Positions 29,178-38,209 of a stretch of DNA of 64,000 nucleotides are shown piece after piece. Within the stretch, counting starts at the first letter, position 1, and each line of letters begins with the position of its first letter. The notes beneath the pieces are model-generated. The model worked only from the letters and a program-made list of their open reading frames with translations. It was not told the DNA's origin and searched no databases. Origin of the DNA: Candidatus Methylomirabilia bacterium (GTDB taxonomy: Bacteria > Methylomirabilota > Methylomirabilia > Rokubacteriales > CSP1-6); contig JBGQEL010000007.1 in assembly GCA_041496385.1 (NCBI GenBank), positions 23,799 to 87,798 on the forward strand. Direction: 5' to 3'. A program made the translations under genes and the position numbers.

Positions 29178-30550
29178 GGGTTTCTCCGTTCATTCCAGGC
29201 GCCCAGATGGATGGCGCCCGCCAGAATGCCGCCGAAGAGCACGAGGGCCGCCGCCATCACGGCGAACAGCGCGCCGAGACCGCCGCCGGCCCAGTGGAGG
29301 ACCACCCAGCCACCCGCCGCCGCCACGGTGAGACGCGTCGCGCCCGCGAGCAGCGGCCAGAGCAGCCGGCCGGCGCCCTGCGAGGCGAAGTAGAGCGCGA
29401 GCCCGAGGCCGAAGAATCCATACGTCGGACCGACCACGCGCAGGTACGCGGCGCCGGCGGCGATGACCTCGGGCTCGGCGCTGAAGAGGCGGAGCCACGC
29501 GTGTGGAAAGAGGGCGGCCGCGAGCCCGATCGCCTCGGTCACGCCGGCCGCCATCGCGGCGCCGGTCCATGCCACGCGGCGGCCGCGCTCGCGCCGGCCC
29601 GCGCCGACGTTCGTGCCAACCATCGTGACGAGAGCCGAGCCGAAGCCGAAGACGAGCGGGATCTGGAGGTATTCGAGGCGCGCGCCCATGCCGTACCCGG
29701 CGAGCGCGAAGGTCCCGAACGGGCCGACCAGCGCCGTGAGCAGGACGACCGTGAGGTTCGTCTGGACGTTGTTCACGAGGCTCGGCGCCCCGACCCTCAG
29801 GATGTCGACGAAGAGGGCGCCCCGGAGGCGCGCGGCGGACGCCGTGAGCCGGACGAGACTCCGGCCCGAGAGCAGGTAGCCGAGGAACACGAGCGTGCCG
29901 AGCGTGTAGTACGCCACGACGGCGACCGCCGCGCCCCGTACGCCGAGCGCGGGCAGGGGACCCCAGCCGAAGATGAGCGCCGGGGAGAGGGCCAGGAGCA
30001 CCACGCTGCCGCCGAGCGCCACCCCCGCCGGCAGACGCATGTTGCCGGTGCCGCGGACGACCGCGGCGAGCGTGTTGAAGAGCCAGACCGCCGCCGCGCC
30101 GGCGAAGATCACGTTCGAGTAGGCGAGCGCCGCCGCGAGCGCGCCGTCACGCGCGCCCATGGCGCGGTAGATGGCCGGCCCGCCGCCGAGGATCGCCGCG
30201 CTGAAGGCCGCGGCCATCGCGAGCGCGATCACCAGCGCGTGCGCGACGAGCGCACTCGCGTCCGCCCGGCGGCCGGCGCCGAGCGCGCGCGCGACCGCCG
30301 CGGAGACGCCGCCGCCCATCCCCCCGGCGGACATCGTCTGCATGAGCATGACCAGGGGAAAGGTGACCGAGACGCCGGCCAGCGCGTCGGCACCGAGCCA
30401 GCCGACGAAGTAGGCCTCGAGGACGTTGATCGCCACCTGCGCGACGAGCATGACCACGTTGGGCGCGGCCAGCACGAGGAGCGTGGGGGCGATGGGCCCC
30501 TCGAGGAGGCGGCGCGTGGCCGGGGCGAGCGGGGTCTCGATGGAGGCCAT
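29174..30550 (-). CDS. MATE family efflux transporter
   Basis: LLEGPIAPTLL, GMGGGVSAAVARALG, RLEYLQIP, VGTNVGAG. Confidence 0.92.
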   Translation of the reverse strand: MASIETPLAPATRRLLEGPIAPTLLVLAAPNVVMLVAQVAINVLEAYFVGWLGADALAGVSVTFPLVMLMQTMSAGGMGGGVSAAVARALGAGRRADASALVAHALVIALAMAAAFSAAILGGGPAIYRAMGARDGALAAALAYSNVIFAGAAAVWLFNTLAAVVRGTGNMRLPAGVALGGSVVLLALSPALIFGWGPLPALGVRGAAVAVVAYYTLGTLVFLGYLLSGRSLVRLTASAARLRGALFVDILRVGAPSLVNNVQTNLTVVLLTALVGPFGTFALAGYGMGARLEYLQIPLVFGFGSALVTMVGTNVGAGRRERGRRVAWTGAAMAAGVTEAIGLAAALFPHAWLRLFSAEPEVIAAGAAYLRVVGPTYGFFGLGLALYFASQGAGRLLWPLLAGATRLTVAAAGGWVVLHWAGGGLGALFAVMAAALVLFGGILAGAIHLGAWNERRNP

Positions 30551-30602
30551 GTAACTTGTTATTCTATAGTGACTAGCTTTTCTGTCAAGCGCCCGCTATA
30601 CT
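30551..30602. promoter_or_regulatory. Divergent sigma-70-type promoters with a probable HxlR operator
   Basis: Minus strand TTGACA-N16-TAGAAT; plus strand TATACT 6 nt before GTG 30609; inverted repeat GTAACT-N11-AGTGAC (30551-30573). Confidence 0.6.
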
Positions 30603-30608
30603 CGATGC

Positions 30609-31064
30609 GTGCCCAAGCGCTACGGTCAGCCGTGCCCGGTCGCGAAGTCGCTGGAAGTCGTCGGCGAACGATGGACCCTGCTCCTCGTGCGCGACCTCCT
30701 CCAGGGGCCGAAGCGCTTTCAGGATCTTGCGCAGAGCCTCAGGGGCATCGCGCCCAACATCCTGTCGGACCGGCTGAAGCTCATGGAACGGCACGGGCTC
30801 GTGGCGCGCCGCTTCTACTCGGAGCACCCGCCGCGCGCGGAGTACGCGCTGACGGACAAGGGCCGGGAGCTCGGCATGGTCGTCGGGGCCCTGGCGTCCT
30901 GGGGCTCGCGTCACGTCCACCGGCAGGCGGCGCTGGTCCACGCCGAGTGCGGTCACCCGGTGGAGGTGCGCTACTTCTGCCGGCACTGCGCCGATCGCGT
31001 GCGCGGCGCGGCGGTCGCGCTCCGGCACGCGCCGGCCACGCGGTCGTCCGGGAGGCGCGGCTAG
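30609..31064 (+). CDS. HxlR family winged-helix regulator
   Basis: YGQPCPVA...VGERWTLLLVR, EYALTDKG; C-terminal HxxC/CxxC. Confidence 0.92.
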   Translation: MPKRYGQPCPVAKSLEVVGERWTLLLVRDLLQGPKRFQDLAQSLRGIAPNILSDRLKLMERHGLVARRFYSEHPPRAEYALTDKGRELGMVVGALASWGSRHVHRQAALVHAECGHPVEVRYFCRHCADRVRGAAVALRHAPATRSSGRRG

Positions 31065-32182
31065 GTCGGGTGCACCCGCCGTGAGAGCGCGTCGAGGGTG
31101 GCGCGCGCCTCGTCGACGATGCGCGCGACGACCTCGCGCGCGCCCGGCAGGCCGTGGATCAGGCCCACCGACTGGCCGGCCGGCATCGGAAAATGCTCGG
31201 GATCCTGCAGCTCCCTGGCCTTGCCGAAGACGTCCTGGGCCGCGCGCGACTGGACGAGCGCGGCGAACACGGGCGCGCCGGACGCCCGGTACTCGGCGAT
31301 GAACGTGTTGCCGAGGTAGCGGGCCTGGAGGCCGGTGACGGTGTCCGTGACGGTGGTTTCCTCACCGCTGCGCTCCAGCAGCGCCTTTTTCCAGAACTCC
31401 GGGGCGCCCGACTCGCGCGTCGCGACGAAGCGTGTGCCCAGCAGCACCCCGCTCGCGCCGAGCGCCAGGGCGGCGACCAACCCGCGCCCGTCGGCGATCC
31501 CACCGCTGGCGATCACGGGCACGCCGACGGCGTCCACCACCTGCGGCACCAGCGCCACCGTGCCGACGCTGACCGACTCGGCCGAGCGGGGCTTGCCCCA
31601 CGTCGAGCGGTGGCCGCCGGCTTCGCTTCCCTGCGCGACCACGACGTCGACGCCACTGGCGACGACGGCGCGCGCGTCGGCGACGGTCGTGACCATCGCC
31701 ATCACCTTGATTCCGCGCGCGTGGCACTCACGGGTCATGGCAGAGCCCGGATCGCCGAGGCCCACGGACCAGACCGCCGGTCGCTCGTCGAGGATCGTCT
31801 GAAAGGCGCCGTCGATCACGTCGGGCACGGCGGGTGGGCGCGCGAGCGTCGCCGGGAGCCCGAGCCGGAGTCGGAAGACGTTGAGTGAGGACTGGACGGC
31901 GCGCACGGTGCCCTCGGGGATCGTCGCCACGTCCGCCGGCGGACGGAGCTCGGGATGGAGCCACAGATTCACGCCGAACGGGCGGCGCGTGAGCGCCCGG
32001 ACCTGTCGGATCCCCTCGCGGAGCTGTTCGGGCGTGAGGTTCAATCCGGCGAGGATCCCGAGGCCGCCGGCCTCGCACACCTCGGCCACGAGCTCGGGAC
32101 CGGCGACGCCGCCCATGCCCGACTGGACGATCGGGTACTCCATGCCGAGCAAGTCGCAGAGCTCAGTGTGGAACGCGCTCAT
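31061..32182 (-). CDS. Nitronate monooxygenase family flavoprotein
   Basis: PIVQSGM, AQGSEAGGH, IASGGIADG, LGTRF. Confidence 0.9.
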   Translation of the reverse strand: MSAFHTELCDLLGMEYPIVQSGMGGVAGPELVAEVCEAGGLGILAGLNLTPEQLREGIRQVRALTRRPFGVNLWLHPELRPPADVATIPEGTVRAVQSSLNVFRLRLGLPATLARPPAVPDVIDGAFQTILDERPAVWSVGLGDPGSAMTRECHARGIKVMAMVTTVADARAVVASGVDVVVAQGSEAGGHRSTWGKPRSAESVSVGTVALVPQVVDAVGVPVIASGGIADGRGLVAALALGASGVLLGTRFVATRESGAPEFWKKALLERSGEETTVTDTVTGLQARYLGNTFIAEYRASGAPVFAALVQSRAAQDVFGKARELQDPEHFPMPAGQSVGLIHGLPGAREVVARIVDEARATLDALSRRVHPT

Positions 32183-33840
32183 GCCGTCGCTCCTCTCCCC
32201 AGCTCCCGGATCGCCTGGTCGCGGAGCTTGCCGCGCTGGACCTTGTCGCCGTGCGGGCCCGGCGTGCGCGGCACGTCCTTCACGAAGCGGATAGCGATCG
32301 GGATCTTGTACGAGGCGATCTTGCCGCGGCAGAAGGCGCGAAGCCCCTCCTCCGTGAGGAGCGCGCCCTCCCTCAGGATCGCATAGGCGACGGGCGCCTC
32401 GTTGAGCTTCGGATCGGGCACGCCGACGACGAACGCTTGAGCCACGTCGGGGTGCGACATCAGGAACGCCTCGATCTCCCCGGGCGCCACCATGAAATGG
32501 CTGATCCTGAGGGTCTCCTTGAGGCGCCCCTTGAAGATCGTGCGGCCGACTTCATCCTGGACTCCGAGATCGCCCGAGCGGAACCACCCGTCCTCGGTGA
32601 AGGCCTTCGCCGTCTCGTCGGGCTTCTTGTAGTAGCCGCGTGTGACGCACGCGCCGCGGAACTGCAGCTCGCCCTCTTCGCCGGGCCGGCATGGCGCGCC
32701 CGTTTCCGCGTGGACGACGCGGACCTCCAGCCCCGGTGGCGCGTGGACGCCCGGGAGGCGCCGGATCTCGGCCGGCTCGTCGAGATGATGGTAGAGCGCC
32801 ATCGCGTTCACCTCGGTCATCCCGTAGGGCTCGTAGCCCTGGCCGACGCCGATCCGCTCGAGCCACGCCTCGAAGAGGCGGTGGCCGCCACCGCCGACCG
32901 AGCCGATCGCGCCCGTCCGCAGCGACGAGCGGTCGTAGCGATCGAGATCGGGATGCTCGAGCATCGCCTGGACCATCGCGTCGACGGCGTTCCAGACCGT
33001 GCAGCGCTCGCGCTCGATGAGCTGAAGCGCGCGCAACGGATCGTAGACGTCCATGAGGACCAGGCAGGCGCCATGGCTCCACGTCGTGAGCGGGATGTTG
33101 ACGCCGCCCCATGTGCCGGCGGCCGGGAGCGCGTGCAGCACGCGATCCTCCGGCGTCAGACGCAGCACCTCGCCGACGTTCCAGCCGTGAGGTACGCAGT
33201 TCCGGTGGCTGATCACCGCTCCCTTGGGAAACGACGTCGTCCCCGACGTGTACAGAATGGTGAAGACGTCGTCCGGACCCGGGGGCGGCGAGAGTGGCGG
33301 GGAACCCTCCGTCGCCGCCACGGCCCCGAGCTCGGACACGTCTCGCAATCGGTGGCAGCCGGGGTAGGGGTCGTCGGCGTCCACGATGACGTGCCGCAGG
33401 GACGGGAGCGTCGGGCTCTCGATCTCTCCGGGAGTCGACGTGGGAAGCCCGGGCAGGACCTCGTGCAGCGTCTCGAAGTAGTCGATTCCGCCGAGATGGT
33501 CCGCGATCAACAGCGCCTTCGTGTCCGACTGGCCGAGGATGTAGGTCAGCTCGTGCGCCCGGTAGCGCGGGTTCAGCGCCACCACGATCGCGCCGAGTCG
33601 TGCGCACGCGTGCTGGGCGAAGAACCACTCGGGCCGGTTCGGCAGCCAGATGGCGACCTTGTCGTCCCGGCCGATGCCGAGTGCCTTAAGCCCACGGGCG
33701 AGTCGGTCCACCTCCGCGCGGAACTCGGCGAAGGTCACGCGCCGGTCGTCGAACACCATCGCGAGGCGCTCGCCGTGGCGCTCCGCGACGGCGTCGAGCA
33801 TCGAGACGGCGGTCGCGTCGGCGAACGGGTTCTGCGGCAG
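32179..33840 (-). CDS. Acyl-CoA synthetase (AMP-binding); start CTG 33840 or ATG 33801
   Basis: YTSGTTSFPKG, YGMTE, WFRSGDLG, GRLKE. Confidence 0.9.
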   Translation of the reverse strand: MPQNPFADATAVSMLDAVAERHGERLAMVFDDRRVTFAEFRAEVDRLARGLKALGIGRDDKVAIWLPNRPEWFFAQHACARLGAIVVALNPRYRAHELTYILGQSDTKALLIADHLGGIDYFETLHEVLPGLPTSTPGEIESPTLPSLRHVIVDADDPYPGCHRLRDVSELGAVAATEGSPPLSPPPGPDDVFTILYTSGTTSFPKGAVISHRNCVPHGWNVGEVLRLTPEDRVLHALPAAGTWGGVNIPLTTWSHGACLVLMDVYDPLRALQLIERERCTVWNAVDAMVQAMLEHPDLDRYDRSSLRTGAIGSVGGGGHRLFEAWLERIGVGQGYEPYGMTEVNAMALYHHLDEPAEIRRLPGVHAPPGLEVRVVHAETGAPCRPGEEGELQFRGACVTRGYYKKPDETAKAFTEDGWFRSGDLGVQDEVGRTIFKGRLKETLRISHFMVAPGEIEAFLMSHPDVAQAFVVGVPDPKLNEAPVAYAILREGALLTEEGLRAFCRGKIASYKIPIAIRFVKDVPRTPGPHGDKVQRGKLRDQAIRELGRGATA

Positions 33841-33845
33841 GGCGG

Positions 33846-34721
33846 CTACTCGACGCGGAACAGGGTGACCGCGTTCTTGTAGGCTACGCGCTCGGCGACG
33901 TCGGCCTTGAGCTCGCCGAGCACGCGCCGCGTCCACGTCAAGAGCCGGTCGAGCATCGCCGGCTCGAAGAGTCGTGGCGCCCAGACGTCCACCCCCATGA
34001 GGAAGCGGTCGGGATGCTTCTCGATCAGGGCTTTCCAGGCCGGATCGAGGGGCCCCGTCTCCGACGCGAGGGCGGGCTTCCGCTGAAAGTGCATGCCCGA
34101 GAGGTCCACGCGGAGGTTCGGGTTGCGCGCGAGAAGCCCCTCGACGCGCGCGGGCGGACCTTCGCCCGCGTGGGCGAGGACGACCGTCGCCTTCGGGTGG
34201 GCGGCCAGCGCGCGGTCGAGGGCGGTGGCGGCGGCGTCCGTCAGCTCGTAGTGAATCACGACCGGGACCCCGCGCCGTGCCGCCACCTCGAGGACCTTGC
34301 CGAACGCCGGATCACCGGGATCCCGCTCGATGTTGCGCCGCCCCATCTGGCGCAGGTGCACCTCGCCAATCGCGCGCGCGCGCGACGTTTCGAGCGCGCC
34401 GTCGAGCCGCGCGGCCGCGCCGTCGTCGCTCGGGTCCGGGAGCGGCAGCGCCGTGAGCACGCGGTCCGGATACTTGCGCGCCGCCGCGGCGATCAACGCG
34501 GGGTCGTCTTTCTGGACGCCGCCCACCCCGAGGAGCAACACCTTGGCGACGTTGTGGCGCTTCATCGCCGCGGCATATGCGTCGATCGCCTTGGCGTCGG
34601 GGAGGTGCGAGTGCGCATCGATCAGCGGCCCGGCGTAGTCGGCGGCGTCGGCCATCGGCACGCCACCGAGGAGGGCGCAGAGCCACGTCCCGACGGTCAG
34701 CGCGCGCGAGATCCGCCTCAT
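33846..34721 (-). CDS. Exported amidohydrolase-family protein
   Basis: Signal peptide; IDAHSH, IGEVH, VIHYE, LAHAG, MGVD. Confidence 0.85.
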   Translation of the reverse strand: MRRISRALTVGTWLCALLGGVPMADAADYAGPLIDAHSHLPDAKAIDAYAAAMKRHNVAKVLLLGVGGVQKDDPALIAAAARKYPDRVLTALPLPDPSDDGAAARLDGALETSRARAIGEVHLRQMGRRNIERDPGDPAFGKVLEVAARRGVPVVIHYELTDAAATALDRALAAHPKATVVLAHAGEGPPARVEGLLARNPNLRVDLSGMHFQRKPALASETGPLDPAWKALIEKHPDRFLMGVDVWAPRLFEPAMLDRLLTWTRRVLGELKADVAERVAYKNAVTLFRVE

Positions 34722-34876
34722 TTCCGTGCCGCCTTCTTGAGGTGCTGGGTGAGGGCCTCCATGATCCGGGCGAGGGCTTCCTTCTCGGTGCGGCCCGTCA
34801 CCGTCACCCCGTAGGCGACGGCGGTCGCGACCCACTCCTTCGCCTCGTTCTGATGGACCTCCACCTCGAACTGCAT
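34718..34876 (-). CDS. Small HicB-like protein (52 aa), not in the ORF track
   Basis: Hand-translated MQFEVEVHQNEAKEWVATAVAYGVTVTGRTEKEALARIMEALTQHLKKAARK; ATGA overlap with the next gene. Confidence 0.7.
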   Translation of the reverse strand: MQFEVEVHQNEAKEWVATAVAYGVTVTGRTEKEALARIMEALTQHLKKAARK

Positions 34877-34937
34877 CGCGGGCTAGAGTAGCACTAAGAG
34901 ATCGACGCGCGCACAGCCCGGCCGGCGATCGCGGGAC

Positions 34938-35363
34938 TCAGTGGCTCTTCGGGATGCTCGGGTGTCCGGCCGCCTCGTCGGCAATCGCATGATCGTTGTC
35001 GGCGGGCACCGCTCCGCTCACCCCGACCGCCCCCACGATCTGGCCGCCCTCCACGAGCGGGACCGCGCCGCGCCCGAAGACGAACCGGTAGTCGCCGAGC
35101 GTGGCCACGTTGTCCGCGAACAGCTGGCGGCCCTTGTTGAAGCGCTCCTCGAGATCGTGCGTTGTTGCCCGGAACGCCGAGGCGGCGTTGGCCTTGGCGC
35201 GTGCGATCTCGGGCGTCACCCAGAGCGCGCCGTCCATGCGGGCGCACGCCACGAGGTGCCCCGCCTCATCCACAACGGCGATCGCGACCGTGAAACCGAG
35301 CGTCCGTGCCTTGGCGAAGCCACGCTCGATGCACTCCCGCGCCTGCTTCAGCGTGAGCGCCAT
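34938..35363 (-). CDS. GlcG/HbpS family heme-binding protein
   Basis: IAVVDEAGHL...RMDGA, AKA, GAVGVSG. Confidence 0.9.
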   Translation of the reverse strand: MALTLKQARECIERGFAKARTLGFTVAIAVVDEAGHLVACARMDGALWVTPEIARAKANAASAFRATTHDLEERFNKGRQLFADNVATLGDYRFVFGRGAVPLVEGGQIVGAVGVSGAVPADNDHAIADEAAGHPSIPKSH

Positions 35364-35373
35364 CCGGTCCTCC

Positions 35374-35682
35374 TCACGGGACCTCCACCCAGACGTCCCC
35401 GGCCTCGACGCGGACCTGGTAACTGGCGACGCGCCCGCCGCGCTTCGGCATCACGCACTCGCCCGTGCGCACGTCGTACATCCAGCCGTGCCACGGGCAC
35501 GCGAGACGGACGCCCGACAGCCTGCCCTCGTTGAGCGGCCCGCCCTGGTGGGCGCACACGTCCTCGCACGCGTAGACCTCGTCCTTCACGCGCGCCAGGA
35601 CGATGCGGAGCCCGCTCGTCTCGACGAGCCTCGTCCGGCCCGCCCCGAGGTCGTCGAGGCGGGCCACCCTGACGGCGCTCAC
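35374..35682 (-). CDS. Rieske [2Fe-2S] ferredoxin
   Basis: CAHQGGPL...CPWHGW. Confidence 0.92.
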   Translation of the reverse strand: MSAVRVARLDDLGAGRTRLVETSGLRIVLARVKDEVYACEDVCAHQGGPLNEGRLSGVRLACPWHGWMYDVRTGECVMPKRGGRVASYQVRVEAGDVWVEVP

Positions 35683-35684
35683 GC

Positions 35685-36368
35685 CTACAGCTCTTCCTTG
35701 AGCACGTACGCGCGATGGAGGCCGGTCATGTACTGCCAGCGCATCTCGGTCGCCTGGCGCACCGCCTCGGCCGCCTCCCCGCGCTTCTCGGGCGTCGTCG
35801 AGTGACGCTCGACGATCTGGTAGCCACGCTCGCCGTGGATCTCGTCGGCCTCGATGTGGATCGCGAAGAACTCCACCTCGTGGTCGCCGAAGCCGTAGTG
35901 CGTCTTGAGCGGCGGCAGGTTGCGCTTGTAGATGCCGGGCACCTGCGACTCGAGCCCGACGAGGAGCCCGGCGGCCGCGACGTGGAAGGGCCGGCGCGTC
36001 ATTTCTAAACACCAGGCGGTCAGACCGCGCGTCGTCGGAAGCTGGCGCGTGGTCTCGACCTCCTTACGGCTGACGCCACATGCCTCCGCGAAGCGGATCA
36101 GGAGGTCCACGTGCTTCGTGCCCGACTCCTCCTCGATGATGTTCTCGAGCAGGAAGTCACGCGCGTCGGAGTCGGGACACTCGCCGTACACCGTCGCGCA
36201 CCAGCGGGGGAACTGGGAGACATACTGGTAGTGCTGCGACGCCCAGGCGCCGAGCTGCGCGCGCGTCAGCTCTCCCTTGACCCATTTCTCGGTGAAGGGG
36301 TTCAGGCGGCTGTGCCGGGCGTTGACGGCATCCTCAAGCTGCTTTCGGAACGGACTCATCTCGGCCAT
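35685..36368 (-). CDS. Heme-oxygenase-like diiron enzyme (CADD/PqqC/TenA fold)
   Basis: EEESGTKH, LESQ and HIEADEIH provide the six CADD-type metal ligands. Confidence 0.88.
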   Translation of the reverse strand: MAEMSPFRKQLEDAVNARHSRLNPFTEKWVKGELTRAQLGAWASQHYQYVSQFPRWCATVYGECPDSDARDFLLENIIEEESGTKHVDLLIRFAEACGVSRKEVETTRQLPTTRGLTAWCLEMTRRPFHVAAAGLLVGLESQVPGIYKRNLPPLKTHYGFGDHEVEFFAIHIEADEIHGERGYQIVERHSTTPEKRGEAAEAVRQATEMRWQYMTGLHRAYVLKEEL

Positions 36369-36383
36369 CGCGGGCCTCCTTTC

Positions 36384-37034
36384 TCAGTCGACCAGCCGGA
36401 AGATCGCGTCGCGGACCCGCCGGATGTGCAGCGTCATGAGCCGCTCGGCGCGCCTCGTCGCGCCGCGCTTGAGGGCGTCGATGATCGCGAGGTGCTCGCG
36501 GAGGAGCGCCTGGGCACGCCGGGGCGCCACGATCGACATGGTCCAGACGGGGCGTACCTGCTCGCGCATCTGCTCCAGGACCTGGGCGAGCGTGGAATTC
36601 TCCGCGCGCTTCACGATCAGGCCGTGGAACTCCTCGCCGAGCGGCCGCACCTCCGTATGGGTCGCGAGGGGTCCGCGCGCACGGAGTTCGCGGAAGCGCG
36701 CCTCGAAGTCCTCGAGCTCCTCGCGGCCGAGGCGGGGCGCCGCCAGCCGAACCGCAAGGGCCTCGAGGGCCTCGCGGACCTCGTACAGGTCGCGGATCTC
36801 GTCGTGCGACAGCGTCCGTACGAACGCCCCCTTCTTCGGCACCACGCGAACGAGACGGTCGCGCTCGAGCTTGGCCAGTGCCTCACGGACGGGAGTGCGG
36901 CTCACCCGGAAGCGCCGGCAGAGCTCGCCCTCCGTCAGCGGCTCGCCCGGATCGAAGTCGCGGTCGAGGATCGCCTGCCGCAGGGCCGCGTAGACCGTAT
37001 CGGCCAGGTAGGTGTGGGGGCGCGTGCGGGGCAC
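36384..37034 (-). CDS. GntR (FadR/FCD) family regulator
   Basis: VSRTPVREAL HTH; FCD domain with FH...EH. Confidence 0.93.
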   Translation of the reverse strand: MPRTRPHTYLADTVYAALRQAILDRDFDPGEPLTEGELCRRFRVSRTPVREALAKLERDRLVRVVPKKGAFVRTLSHDEIRDLYEVREALEALAVRLAAPRLGREELEDFEARFRELRARGPLATHTEVRPLGEEFHGLIVKRAENSTLAQVLEQMREQVRPVWTMSIVAPRRAQALLREHLAIIDALKRGATRRAERLMTLHIRRVRDAIFRLVD

Positions 37035-37039
37035 GGCTC

Positions 37040-37068
37040 CTTCTACATACCTCTTGTATACATGTCAA
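37040..37068 (-). promoter_or_regulatory. Sigma-70-type promoter of gntR with an operator in the spacer
   Basis: TTGACA-N17-TAGAAG, 5 nt before GTG; palindrome TGTATACA at 37055-37062. Confidence 0.65.
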
Positions 37069-37095
37069 GGCGATCGACAAGACCGGAAATGCGGA

Positions 37096-37123
37096 TTGAC
37101 CCGCGGGAGGGCCCGGGTATCAT
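37096..37123 (+). promoter_or_regulatory. Sigma-70-type promoter of the dioxygenase gene
   Basis: TTGACC-N16-TATCAT. Confidence 0.55.
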
Positions 37124-37146
37124 CAGGGCACTTCGTGAGGACGCCC

Positions 37147-38190
37147 ATGATGCCGACGCTGCCGACACGCGACGCGAGCCTGCCCCCCGCCTTCTCGCAG
37201 GCGCTCGAGGCGCTCTCGCTGGGGCCGCTCTGGACCGCGCTGCACGTGCTCCTGCCCCAGGAGCATCTGTCGCGGGCGGTGCCGCACCGCTGGCGATGGC
37301 GCGACGCGCGGCCGCTGCTCCTCGAGGCGGCGCGCCTCGTGCCGATCGAGCAGGCGGAGCGCCGGGTGCTCGTGCTGGAGAACCCGGGTCTCACGGGGAC
37401 GTATTCGGTCACCGCGACGCTCTACGCCGGACTTCAGATCATCCTGCCCGGCGAGACGGCGCCGAGCCACCACCACACGCCCGCGGCCCTCCGGCTCGTC
37501 ATCGAGGGGCGCGGCGCGTTCACGACCGTGGAGGGCGTGAAGTGCGCCATGGAGCCCGGCGACCTCATCATCACGCCGCCGATGCGCTGGCACGACCACG
37601 GCCACGAGGGACGCGAGCCGGTTGTCTGGCTCGACGGGCTCGACATCCCGCTCCTGCGGGCCCTCGAGGGCGCCTGGGCCTCGCCGATGCGGCCGGCACA
37701 GCCGCCCGCGACGGCGGGCGACCCCTCGCAGGACGAGTTCACCGCGGCTGGTCTCGTGCCACGCCGCTCACGTTACCCCGACACGGGATATCCGCAGGTC
37801 CGCTGGCCGTGGGCCAGCGTGCGGCCCGCGCTCGCGGCCGCCGCCGCCGCGGCGCCGCACGACCAGCCGGTCGTCCTCCGATACGTCAACCCGCGCACCG
37901 GCGCCCCGCCCCTCGCGACGATGGGATGCGAGGCGCAGTGGCTGCGACCCGGCGAGCGTGCCCGCGCGGCGCGGAGCAGCGCGAGCGCGGTCTACCAGGT
38001 GATCGAGGGCCGGGGCGAGACGTGCGTGGGCGACCGGGTGCTCGCCTGGGAGGAGGGCGACACGTTCGTCGCGCCAGCGTGGCATCCCATCGAGCATCGG
38101 AACGCGTCGTCCTCGGCGCCGGCGTGCCTCTTCCAGTTCAACGACGAGCCCGTGCTGCGCGCGCTCGGGCTCCTGCTCGAGGAATACTAA
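37147..38190 (+). CDS. Gentisate 1,2-dioxygenase-like bicupin
   Basis: AERRVLVLENPG, LYAGLQIILPGE, HHHTPAALR, WHDH, WLDGLDIP. Confidence 0.88.
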   Translation: MMPTLPTRDASLPPAFSQALEALSLGPLWTALHVLLPQEHLSRAVPHRWRWRDARPLLLEAARLVPIEQAERRVLVLENPGLTGTYSVTATLYAGLQIILPGETAPSHHHTPAALRLVIEGRGAFTTVEGVKCAMEPGDLIITPPMRWHDHGHEGREPVVWLDGLDIPLLRALEGAWASPMRPAQPPATAGDPSQDEFTAAGLVPRRSRYPDTGYPQVRWPWASVRPALAAAAAAAPHDQPVVLRYVNPRTGAPPLATMGCEAQWLRPGERARAARSSASAVYQVIEGRGETCVGDRVLAWEEGDTFVAPAWHPIEHRNASSSAPACLFQFNDEPVLRALGLLLEEY

Positions 38191-38209
38191 CCGCGGGGTC
38201 CGCGCGGGC

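Noticed and set aside
35685..36368. Calling the HDO gene pqqC or a pABA synthase
   Set aside because: No pqq or folate genes nearby; the CADD Tyr27 and Lys152 equivalents are absent
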